From Podarcis erhardii (Eukaryota), in NCBI GenBank assembly GCA_964252035.1, contig OZ176202.1: a stretch of DNA of 64,000 bases; one strand, given 5' to 3'. The notes under the pieces are model-generated. The model made no database searches, was not told where the DNA came from, and saw only the letters and a program-made list of their open reading frames with translations. Positions 52,997 through 64,000 of this stretch are shown here, piece by piece. A program made the translations under genes and the position numbers. Within the stretch, counting starts at the first letter, position 1. Each line of letters starts with the position of its first letter.

Positions 52997-53022
52997 TTTT
53001 TTTTTTTTTTTTTTTTTTTTTA
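52997..53022. repeat. Poly(T) tract
   Basis: Direct reading of the sequence. Confidence 0.9.
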
Positions 53023-54111
53023 GGATAGTGGAGATTCCTATAGCTGTTGTATAGTTGCTGTAGTGAAGTTCAAGTAGCATAATGCTTTGTGGCTGTCCCT
53101 TCCTTTCCTGTTTCTCCTGTCTGTGGCACCATTTTTATTGTTTTAAGAGCCTGTTTATGTGGTTGTGAATGCACCTGCATAACCTGAAAAGCTCGAAGTT
53201 AAGGTTTTTATATTACTGATAGTGACCCTGAAGAGCGGGGTGGGGTGCCGGGTGAGATGCATTCTCTAGGGTGATGTCTGTGCATCTCTCATTATCAAAA
53301 GTACAAGAACCCCAGAAAGGAGCAGTCTGGGATGTGGGGTGAAAGCACAAACTTGTTGATGTGGAACAACATTTGCAGGACCGGATAGGAAATTAAAGTA
53401 CATGAATGTTCACAAAACCCCTGAGTTTTATAAATATACCACACTTACACTCCTAAATATATATATTTTTGTGCTCCAAGGGCCTATCTAAAGGCTGCTA
53501 TATATTTTCTTCTGTGCCTGTTTGTTTGAGCTCCTTCCTAACAATCAAGCACTTGGCTGCTAGTGCTGTGAACCCACCCAAGCCATTAATTTTCCTTTTA
53601 CAAGCTGTCCCGTGTGTAAACCGCATCAGTAAGGAAACTAGCAATGGCCCCCTTCCAGCATGCACCTGGTGCAGCCCAGATCTGGAATTTGGTTGCATCA
53701 GTTGGCTGGCTGGCTCGGATTAAATTTCTAATCAGACTGAAGAAGAAAGATGATTTGCCATATCTGAAACACTGCTGTTACTGCCTTTGCTTGGGTGAAT
53801 TTACTGAATCAAAATTAAACTTCATGCTATCGTTTCCCCTTTCATGATGTCCCTGCAAATTGATGATTATGTTTTTCATGCTTATAAACTGTTGGCCTCT
53901 AATCACTTGGATCATTTACAGTGTGCACTGGTCTAAAACAAAATACAGTTTGGTTTCTTCTCAGAGCTTTTGTTGATCAAAAACACTGCAGTGCCCTCTA
54001 CTGCTAATCCTAGAAAGTGCAGATCAGATGGGTTTGCAAAGTCAAACTCTGAGTGTGTAGTTAAGCTCTGAAGCACACTCAAAGTAAAACGTTCATCTTG
54101 TTTTCTGAAGA

Positions 54112-54168
54112 TCTATCTATCTATCATCTATCTATCTATCTATCTATCTATCATCTATCATCTATCAT
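54112..54168. repeat. (TATC)n / GATA-type tetranucleotide microsatellite, imperfect; a second array lies at about 60350-60375
   Basis: Direct reading of the sequence. Confidence 0.92.
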
Positions 54169-54732
54169 CTTTCTCTTTGGAATAGAGACTTCAAATCCTT
54201 GTTTTTCTCCAAGCTTGGTAGCAATAATAAACTTAAATTGAAGAAAGTAATTATTAATAGTATCATTACCATTATTTATATTTCTAATTTTAATGCTGTT
54301 TATTTTCATATATTGTAAACTGCCAGCCCACAAAAAGTGATGATTTTTTGCATTAAAGAATGCTACAGTTTGCCGCAGTAGTCGAAAGGCAGAGTTACAT
54401 GCACAGCATAGAATATATTACCACTTGGTAGAAGTGTTGTATTAATTTTCTATGTTGACAGCCTGGGGAGGGAGAGGGAGAGGAGAGGACATTCTTTGGC
54501 ACATTTCCCCCTTTGACCCTGTAACTTTAACTCTCTTGTTCTCCATACATATTTTTCTGCATCAGTCACAAGAAGCTCGTTTCAGAGCATTCAGGCTGGA
54601 GCTGAGCTAATGCCATTGTTTAAGTGTGGCTGGTGCTGAGATACAGTTTCTCTTGCTGGCTTCAGTGTGCATTCATAAGAAAAGGAGCAGGGAGGGGGCA
54701 TTTGATGCTTCAGATCCTGACTTACTGATAAC

Positions 54733-55032
54733 CAGGGCTGGTCCTACGATGAGGCAGAGTGAGGCGACTGCCCCAGACAGCAAATGCTGTGTGTCCTTGC
54801 CCTCCCCCGGCTGCCCCCCTCCCCATTTCCCTCTGTTGGAAGACAGAGCTCTGTGTGCTGCACAGCCTGTCCTGTGCTCCCTAAGTTAGCCTTCTGCCCT
54901 CAAGGTACAGTGGTGGAGGACACTGGCCTGTTGCCAGTGTGGAAGTAAGATTCAACTGTCGGTTGGGTCAGTACATGGAAGGGCAGGGGCAGATGGTGCA
55001 TTTTGGTCCTTCGTTTGAGGCAGCCAGCCCTG
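54733..55032. mobile_element. Non-autonomous hAT element, 300 bp, ending 64 nt upstream of the 41-nt exon
   Basis: CAGGGCTGG / CCAGCCCTG termini; degenerate 8-bp target-site duplication CTGATAAC/CAGACAAC. Confidence 0.72.
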
Positions 55033-55096
55033 CAGACAACTCCCAAGACACGTCAGACGTTTGCCACAATCATTCTGTTTCTGTTTTGTGTTTTAG

Positions 55097-55137
55097 GTTC
55101 TCTCTTCATAAATCAAGTTCTGAAGAAAGTGCTGTCG
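55097..55137 (+). CDS. SASH1: SASH1 coding exon (41 nt, exon 5 equivalent): (K)FSLHKSSSEESAV(G)
   Basis: gtgttttAG acceptor and GTCAGT donor at 55138. The phases (2 in, 1 out) bridge the neighbouring exons exactly, and the LHKS motif matches SASH1. Confidence 0.9.
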
Positions 55138-55776
55138 GTCAGTATACTTCACCTTTATTTGGTCCTTTCTCCACCCCTTCCCAATGCCTTGCTTTTTGCA
55201 TACCATCAGCAGTGTTGATCTACCTTGCTGTTTCAACTCTCTTGCAGTAATGTCACATGTTTTGCTCCCTGCTTGTGGGGGGAAAGGGGGAGGTTTTTCA
55301 ACTTCCTTCTCATCTTTGAGGATTATTCCTTTAGAATAGTACTTCCTTATGCATTTTATAAGTGTTATACAGGTAGACAGAGGCGTGGGATAGTTTTTGT
55401 TAATCACTGAAGTCATTTTGTCCAGAAGAGGAGCACAGCCACTCTTTTCCTCCTCCCTTAAAGAAAACAAATGTATTGGAATCTTCTGGTACAATTTATT
55501 TAATTCACTTGCATCTCAGTGTTTGCTTAAAATAGGGATAGCTGTTATTTATCATTTATTTATAGATCTCATTTTTGCACTCAAGTGCAAAATAAAATAA
55601 CTAGGAAGCCTGCTTGATGTAGAAATATGACTAATGGTCATGCACCACTTTTAGATTACACAAACAAATTGAAATTGCATTTTCATATTAACTTTTAGGT
55701 AGCTTTTAACTTTGAAGGTTTTTTAGGTGAACTAAAAATAAAAGTTCAGTATGATCTATATTGTTAGTTAAAATGA

Positions 55777-55781
<5 letters not shown>

Positions 55782-55829
<48 letters not shown>

Positions 55830-57653
55830 TTATTTATACCCCGCTTTCCCCAGCCAAGGCCGGGCTCAGAGCGGCTTACAAACAATAATAAAAACAAGAA
55901 GAAAGATTACAACTTAAAAACAAAAATAAAATACAACATTAAAATAATGGAACATTAAAATATTAAAATGTAGCCTCATCACAGGAGGAGAAGGAAAAGA
56001 AAAGAAAAAAAAGAGAGAGAGAGAGGGAGGGAGGGAATCAAATTGGCTCCAAGCCAAAGGCCAGGCGGAACAACTCTGTCTTACAGGCCCTGCGGAAAGA
56101 AATCAGATCCTGCAGGGCCCTGGTCTCATGAGGCAGAGCGTTCCACCAGGCCGGAGCCAGAGTTGAAAAGGCCCTGGCTCTGGTTGAAGCCAATCTAACT
56201 TCCTTAGGGCCTGGGACCACTAGGGTGTTGCTATTTATGGACCTTGAGGCTCTCCGTGGGGCATACCGGGAGAGGCGGTCCCGTAGGTACGAGGGTCCCA
56301 GGCCGTGAAGGGCTTTAAAGGTCAAAAGCAGCACCTTAAATCTGACCCTGTACTCCACCGGGAGCCAGTGCAGCTTGAAAAGCACTGGGTGAATATGCTC
56401 CCATGGCAGAGACCCCGTGAGGAGCCTCGCTGCAGCATTCTGTACCCGCTGGAGTTTCTGGGACAGCTTCAAGGGCAGCCCCGCATAGAGCGAATTACAG
56501 TAGTCAAGCCTGGAGATGACCGTCGCATGGATCACTGTGGCCAAGTCAGGGCGGGAAAGGTAAGGGACCAACTGCTTGATGCAGCGAAGGTGGAAAAATG
56601 TCGCCTTGGCTGTTGCTGTAACCTGCGCCTCCATGGAAAGGGAGGCGTCAAGGATTACACCCAAACTCTTAACGGAAGGCAATGGCACTAATTGGGCCCC
56701 CGCAAGAGAAGGAAGTTGGTCCCTCATCCCCATGCCATCCCGACCTAGCCATAGGACCTCTGTCTTCGAAGGATTTAGTTTCAATCGGCTCCCACGAAAC
56801 CATCCAGCCACAGCTTCCAAGCATCTGGTCAGTGTGTTCAGGGTCGAGTCGGTGTGGCCATCCATCAGCAGATAGAGCTGAGTGTCATCAGCATATTGGT
56901 GACAGCCCAGCCCAAAGCTCCGGATAATCTGGGCAAGGGGGCGCATAAAGATGTTAAAAAGCATTGGGGAGAGAATTGCGCCCTGCGGCACTCCACATAC
57001 CAAGGAGTGGCGCGATGACATTTCCCTCCCTAGTGCCACCCTCTGTCCCCGACCAGAGATAAAAGAGCACAACCAGTTACGGGCTAAGCCCTGTATCCCC
57101 ACGTCTGCGAGGCGGTGGTCCAGAAGATCATGATCGACCATGTCAAAGGCTGCTGACAAATCTAAAAGGATCAGCAGTCCTGACCCGCCTCGATCCAGTT
57201 GTCTACGGAGATCATCTGTTAGGGCAACCAGAGCCGTCTCCGTCCCAAAACCAGGACGGAAACCGGACTGAAATGGATCTAATGCCGATGTTTCCTCCAG
57301 AAACCTACCAAGCTGTTCAGCAACCGCTCTCTCAATTACCTTACCCAGGTATGGAAGATTTGAAACTGGGCGGTAATTGGATAGGTCTAAGGGATCTAAT
57401 GAAGTTTTCTTTAAGAGTGGACACACCACTGCTTCCTTCAGTTCCCCTAGGAATGTCCCCGTGTCAAGGGACAAATTGATAATTTCAACCAGGGGGGTCC
57501 GCACAACATCTGGACACTCCCTAATCAGCCAAGACGGGCACGGATCGAGGAGACAGGTGGTGGGTCTACCAACTTGGAGGAATCTATCCACATCAGTAGG
57601 GAGTACCCGATCGAAATGGTCCAACACTGGACCTGAAGTCAGTCGAGGGAACG
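55782..57653 (-). mobile_element. Young 5'-truncated L2 LINE with an uninterrupted RT-containing ORF (56038..57627, 529 aa), 3' UTR and (ATT)16 tail
   Basis: NYRPVSNLPYLGK, LDLSAAFD, GVPQGAILSPMLFNI, HQYADDTQLY and LHWLPVEYRV motifs; L2 terminal stem-loop; probable target-site duplication ATGAACATT/ATGAAAATT. Confidence 0.95.
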
Positions 57654-57894
57654 ATGAAAATTTGTGTTCATTTTAACCTAGCATAGTATTTTTTGGTTGC
57701 TTGTTGCAAATGGTCTACAGCCTTCCTTTTCCTACATAATGATTGCTTGTGACAGCTATTTATGGCATTCTTTCCAAGTATGAATTAAAATTTAAAAACA
57801 CGCCCAAAAATAACTGAAACAGGATGAGGGAATGGGTTTCCTTTGAAAATGTATACATATTTAAACCTCTAATGTATATTGTGTTCCCCTTTAG

Positions 57895-57981
57895 GTAAAG
57901 CAGATTGGAAAAAGAAGAATAGGTATTTCTGGCAAAACTTCAGAAAGAATCAGAAGGGACTAATGAGGCAGTCTTCAAAAG
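57895..57981 (+). CDS. SASH1: SASH1 coding exon (87 nt, exon 6 equivalent): (G)[28 protein letters not shown](G)
   Basis: ttcccctttAG acceptor and GTACAG donor at 57982; the [18 protein letters not shown] motif is characteristic of SASH1. Confidence 0.96.
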
Positions 57982-59480
57982 GTACAGCTTTTTTAGCATT
58001 GCTGTGTTTTAATATTTGTTACATTTAGTTCTGAGAATAGTTTATATAGTGAATTGGGCCTTCAGCAGGATTTACATACTAAACTGCAATAATTTAACAA
58101 GGGTAGTCTTAATTTTTTGACAGTACTCTTTTTTTCAATTAATTCCACTAGGTTAGAAAGGCAGGTTATATACTGCTGCCTGTCAGACCCTGTCCAATTT
58201 AACAGAAGCTGCTTTATCTCTGAGAACTATTCCATACCAAACTAAAGTTCAGCAATAGATGAAGCTGTTTCATAGTGTGATTGCTCTGTTCTTAGAGCAA
58301 AACTTTATTCATTAAGGAATGCAAAAGCAGCCTCCTCCTATCATCAACTTCTCGTGTGTGCGTGTGCGCGCGCGCGCACCCACAGCCTTCCCACTGCTCC
58401 CCGGGGCTGACGGTGAGGGAAGCTCGGCTTTCCCCACCGCCAGCCCCAGAAGCTCGGGGAGCAGCCTTTCCGCTGCTCCCCAACCTGCTCTTTGGGGCTG
58501 GCTTTCCCCAAAGAGCAAGTCAGGAGTCAGCCCCGGGGAGCGGCGGGAAGGCTGCGCGCCTGTCAGATATTCCACATTTCACAGCATACTCTTAATCCCA
58601 ATTTGTGCTACTGGACTGGTTCAGTATAAGAGTTGTCCATCTGCCAAAGTCTGCCAGGCTCTTCTGAAGGTACATTAGTTGAGAAGCTTCTCGGGTGGTG
58701 TTCCTACCAGAAACAGCAAGTATAGGACCCCAAAATTGGGCAGGTTGAGGGTGGAGCAGAGCTAATCATGGACCTGATAGATTCAAAGCTGCTCAGTCAC
58801 CCCCTTGTACAGTTGTACTCACAAAAATACATTATGCAATCATTAAAATATCACTTAAATATTTTAAAATATTAAGTAGATTATAAATGCTTTTAAATAA
58901 ATGAATGAAACCACAGTTTAAAACAGCACCATCAAAGTCCAGTCATTCTGCACCCTAAGCATAAAATATAGGACAAATACCATCTTATTCCATCCGTATT
59001 TGTTATATTACCCCTTCAAAGAAAAATGTTTCCTAAGATGATAAATGATAGGTTGAAAATATGGCAGATTTGTACAAAGGATGGTAGGAATCGGTTTGCA
59101 ATGCAGAAAATCTCTTGACCCAACATACCAGGCTTTGGATTAGCATTTCCTTTGCTGCTCTGTCATTGTCTGTAATGATTTCCAAGTATAATAAATATAT
59201 TCTAGGACATGCCTTCTTTCTAAGCTCTATTGATTTGAGGAAGCAAAATAGGTCACTAGAGAGGAATATTTTAGCATTGCTCCTGTCATCAAGCTGTGGG
59301 GTAAAACTGGCAACGGCTCTCCTGGCATGGCTGCTGTCCTTGGTCTCTGACAGTGTTAAGATCAACATATTTCACAAACCCAAATAAAAATGTTGCCATG
59401 TATCTCAGAATTTTGAAGGAGGGAGTTAAGTAGCCCAAATAGCTTGACTAACATAGGAACCAGATTTCTGAGGTCAGTAG

Positions 59481-59753
<273 letters not shown>

Positions 59754-59906
59754 TGAAACACTAGAACCTTGTAAATAGGTTGCCATAATTTCTGAGAACA
59801 ATGCTAGGTGACTTTGTGGATTGGGATAGAAGCAGGGGTTGCTTATACATTAGCATCCTGTCTGACCAGGCCCAAAGATTCCGTATGAAAGCAGTTCTGT
59901 GAATAA

Positions 59907-59995
59907 CAGCACGATCCTATACATTTCTACTCAGGTGTAAGCCCCATTAAGTTCACTGGGCTTACTCTGAGATAACTGGTTATAGGATTGTACCG
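59907..59995. mobile_element. Short palindromic MITE with TAA flanks (PIF/Harbinger-like). Relatives lie near 22715-22780, 24890-24970, 36770-36835, 61400-61475 and 62425-62495.
   Basis: CAGCACGATCCTAT / ATAGGATTGTACCG termini, internal gtaagccccatt...tgggcttac palindrome, TAA on both sides. Confidence 0.6.
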
Positions 59996-60511
59996 TAAGT
60001 GGTTTTAAAAGGTTTGAGAATCACAGTTCCATTGTATGGTGCTAACCTGAACAATCATGTGGTAAGCGTATGCATATATGGGTGAGTAAGTGAATTGCAT
60101 TATAGCTTAACTAAGCATTAAAGCTCAGCCACACACTGATAAGATTGTCGACTCTGCAGTTAAGACTTAATGAGACTATGCTTTGAAGCTAACAATCCAG
60201 TTCACACATAACTTACTCTCTATTAACCTTCAGAGGGCTGATTTCTCGCTTTTGTCACTAGAGTACTGTACTAAACAACATATTTAAATATAACAGAGCT
60301 GAGTAGTATGTATTTGTGTCTGGGTTTTTTTCTGAACTTTCCAGAGCTTCTATCTATCTATCTATCTATCTATCTGTATTATCACAACAATATGTGATAA
60401 TATGAGCAAACCAGAAAGCAGAATAATGGGGGGAGGGGGTTGAGAAAATGGAATAGGTTAAACCACATGCTTTAGCAAGGTAGAAAACCTTTGGTCTTAT
60501 TTTCATTTCAG

Positions 60512-60613
60512 CTTAAGGAATATGAGGCCCAACATCGGCAGTCAGGTAGCATGGACTCTGCTGAATGGCCTGATAGTCCTTACCCATCTTTTGACGGTTC
60601 CTCCAATTGTAAT
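60512..60613 (+). CDS. SASH1: SASH1 coding exon (102 nt, exon 8 equivalent): [34 protein letters not shown]
   Basis: tttcatttcAG acceptor and GTGAGT donor at 60614; the peptide is visible in ORF 60491..60841. Confidence 0.96.
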
Positions 60614-62543
60614 GTGAGTATCAGTCTCTACAATGCAGTTGCATATATTGTTTACATTGACATAAGGCAGTTGAAAGGGAAGCAAGAAGCATGGAGAATG
60701 TTCACCTCAGGCATGATGGTCCCATTCCTCATTGAAAACTTTTTTAAAAGTTTCAACTCTCTTCAGTTGAATCTCATGGATGTTGGATATAGTGCTGGTA
60801 TTCTTTTAGCCTTTGTTCAGCACAGTCTGTGTTCTGCATGAGTTGCAGATTCTCTTCACACAACACCTTTTTTAACCAAAAGTTTGCACATATTGCCTCT
60901 CAGCCGGTTGTGTGTATCTGCGCTTGTACATAGGTTGTGGTTTTGTGGGTGCAACTGCAAAAGTAAATTTTGAAGCACTTTTGGTGTCATGCCAGAAACA
61001 ATCTTGCTCATGACATGGCACAAGCTAATGTTTCCATGGGTGCCAGGTATCCACTGTTCACATGGATGCAGCCCTAAATTAACTTGCCATGTCACATTAA
61101 GCTTCCTCTAGAGCTCTACTAAGATATAAGCATTTCTGTGTCAAAACTCAAGTGTGTTTCCATCTTCAGATTCCCCCAAAGCCTCACTTTTTCCACTTGA
61201 ACATTTTGGCTGTTATCCTGTGGCTAGATAGATATGCCTGCTTGTTTGGACTTTCACCCTGCTCTATTGCAAAGTATACATTAAAATGATTATCTGAGAA
61301 CATGTCATACTTGATGTACGTTGTTGTTGAAAATATAGCAATTGACATTAATACCATATACTTTGTTTCTAATCCTTTCCTGTAATAGTGCAGTTCTAGG
61401 CTTGTTCTACTCAGAAGTAAGTCTTAGTGTGTTCAGTTCACCTTCAACTCTCACAAATGATTTTAGAACTGCAGCCTAAAATCTTTAAATGGTTTTGTAA
61501 TCCCAATTCGAAATGATGCCTTCCCTAACCATGTAATTATTGAGGAAAGAAGTTCTAGTGAACAGCCTTCAAACTGTGAAATGTAGCTTTAAAAAACAAA
61601 ATAAAAATAAACTGCAAGACAGATTTGCATTGCATGTGGCTGAGCATCACATTTTTTTGCAAAAAGGGAAAAATGCCATTGACATGTGTCATGCTGAAAA
61701 GATTTAATTTCTATTGATCTTGCTTCTTCCTCTCAACCTTCTGTCATTTACGCGATTTTTTATTGGCAAATTGGGATGTTCAGTCCCTTGCCTGCCAGGC
61801 TAAAATACAAAAACAATTAGCAAAGGACAGGGTGCCACCTCCCCTGTGTCAGCAGAGAAGCTGCCCTCTGTTGTCACTATACTGTTAATTCTAAGCTCAG
61901 TTTGGAGGACTCCATTTATTCTATTTCTTTTGAATGTGCCAAGCCAACAGCTGTATTGGCATTGTGCCAGATACATGCAGATTAACATTTAATCTTCTCA
62001 TTGTGTGTCCAGTTCATACTTTAGGAAGTATGCATTATTAAAGACTTTACCATTCCAGTCATGTCTTTCCTTTCTGATGTGAAGTTAATGTTCCTGGATC
62101 AGGCTTGCATGTTTTCTTCTTTCATCCCCCCACTCCCATACCTTCCCCCCTAATTTAAAATGCATCCAAATTTTCTTTTGGAAACAAAGACTGCTCTTGT
62201 TGGGCCTTTTCAGAGTTTTTAGTTATGGCAAGCAGTTTATATCTTGCGGAGCTAAGTCCCTCTCCTAGAATTCTCCATGATACACTTACAGGTGTGTGTT
62301 GCCTTCCCAGAGAAGCTGGGATGACTGAGAACGTAATTACTTACTTTAAAAAAAGATATTACATTACCACTTGAAGTTTTCAAGGGCAAACATCACGGAA
62401 ACACAGAATAAGAGTCAATAGAAGGCCAGCTACTCAGAAGCAAGTCCCATTGAGTTCAGTGAGACTTATTCCTAGAGAGGTGCTGTACAGGATTAGTTTC
62501 TCTGTTCTTCCCCATCTCTCTGAAACAGCATAATAGCCAGGAA

Positions 62544-63062
62544 AAGGGTTATAGCTAAGTGGGAGAGTACATGTTTTTTGCATGCGGAAGGTCCCAGGCT
62601 CAATCCCCAGCATCGCTCTTTTTAAAAAATAATTTGTATTGATTTATCATAAACATATGCACAAACTAACACATAACCATACAAACAATAACAGAAGCAA
62701 TAAACAAAGCATATTCAGTATAAAAAGCAAATTACTGAGATGCAGTATTTTAAGATGAGTCTATATATCCCAATCACAACAAGGAGCGAATCATGGGAGT
62801 AGTACTTATATGGCTTCCTGTTTCTGTCATCAAAAAAAATGGAGACCAGTCCATGTCAAAATTGTCTGATTTGGCTTCGCTTCAGATAAAGCATTAGTAA
62901 ACTATGCCTCCCACATAGGAATGTAGAAATTCTGAGTATCTCTTGTTAAAAGATCTCTTGTGGTGGAGCTGAGAAAGTTTTCTCTCTGACCAAGACCTTA
63001 GAGAGCCGCTGGCCACTAGCAAATACTGAGCAAGATGGACAAATGTTTTGACACCATATATG
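62544..63062 (+). mobile_element. tRNA-derived SINE (Squam3-like) split by an antisense LINE 3' fragment (about 62615-62936)
   Basis: SINE head at 62544-62614 and body at 62937-63062 resemble 12508-12696. The insert begins with a T-run and ends in an antisense DNFDMDWSPFF-like L1 ORF2 terminus. Confidence 0.65.
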
Positions 63063-64000
63063 AGTGTCATGTGTATTATTCATACTCCTTTGGTCTGTAA
63101 GGACAGAGGAGCAGAGACTTACCCTTCACTGCCTGCCCATGGGCTGCGGGGAAGTGTGCCTGCAGTAAAGAGGTTGCACATACCTCCGTATCTGTACTGT
63201 ATATGTGGAAGTTTATATTTTGGAGTAACTGGGTGGGTCGTTCTCTGGCTAGTTTGGCATTTGGCATTGTAGTTCAGAGAACTTTCCCAGCTGTGTGCCA
63301 AATTCAAGCCAGGTGTGCTCTGATGGCTAACCCTATCTACGCTAAGGGCATGCTTGATACTGTTCTACTAGCCTATCAGATAGCAATAGAAAAAGAGACA
63401 CCAATAGGATACCTAATCCCTCATTTTATATTCAGTAGAAACTGGGGACTTAACAAGTTCCTTGTGTGCAATATGCTATTCTAACTGTGAATCAGCCAGC
63501 AGGGGATGCTGTAAAAGTAATGAATTCCCTGCACTCTGCTTCATCTCAAAGTCATATGTCTCTCCCAAATCAAAACCATCCTTCTCTTCAAGCTTATGTG
63601 TTTAATTGCTCTGCTGGGTAAAAATGGGTCCTTCTTTATCCCAGACACAGCCAAAGGTTTTACGGGTGAAACCATTTCTTTGCCACCACAAGTAGGATTT
63701 TTCTTTCTGTTGCTTCTAGTGTTTGCTTCATTCATTTTTTTCTTGAAAAATATTTTTACAACAGAATCATACTAATTGTATTCACGAGGCCCTCGCCCAG
63801 TTAAAAAAGAATTTATTTGATTGAGCTAGTCCGAAATTTCTAAGATTAATCTGCATAACTGCATATTTTTTTGTTTATATATGTGTTGTAGCAGGACTTA
63901 TCTTAGGTAGGGTCTACACATTAATACATATAACAAAATCCCAGTGGTCAAAAGCAGCAAATGGAGAGGATGGGGAATGTTATAATCGTAAAAGTTTTTA

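Noticed and set aside
54733-55096. hAT element close to the exon 5 acceptor possibly disrupting splicing
   Set aside because: The remaining 64 nt keep a pyrimidine tract and a plausible branch point, so there is no evidence of an effect.
56305-57676. Several additional ORFs on both strands over the L2
   Set aside because: Shadow frames of the L2 RT coding sequence.
58292-58678. Four overlapping ORFs of 63-119 aa
   Set aside because: Products of the GC-rich palindrome and dinucleotide tract; no recognisable protein features or splice signals.
63165-63185. KRLH peptide resembling the next SASH1 exon (KFKRLHKL)
   Set aside because: The surrounding residues do not match and there are no suitable splice sites; the next exon is probably beyond the window.

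Overview
Eukaryotic genomic DNA, very probably from a squamate reptile: the repeat content (BovB, squamate tRNA-derived SINEs, palindromic hAT MITEs, L2 elements with (TAA)n tails) looks like a lacertid lizard, which is an inference. The window is an internal part of SASH1 on the + strand. Seven coding exons (11248-11376, 40102-40152, 40277-40326, 55097-55137, 57895-57981, 59581-59693, 60512-60613) all have canonical AG/GT boundaries and join in frame into 573 nt / 191 aa: [191 protein letters not shown]. They match my recollection of human exons 2-8; exon 1 and the SH3/SAM exons lie outside the window. The rest is intron, rich in transposons: young L1 and L2 insertions, degraded RTE/BovB/CR1/L2 pieces, Tc1/mariner and hAT MITEs, SINEs and microsatellites. 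Nearly all of the ORF track is spurious or TE-derived. The most notable observations are: (1) a Penelope-like insertion carrying a minimal hammerhead ribozyme whose helix I is extended by a perfect 62-bp inverted repeat; (2) an L2 that appears to have inserted at the apex of a 13-bp DNA hairpin; (3) a GC-rich multi-branch palindrome next to a Z-DNA-prone tract; (4) a recursive-splice-like AG|GTAAAG at the start of exon 6. I found no wholly new gene system; family names come from memory, not from database searches.
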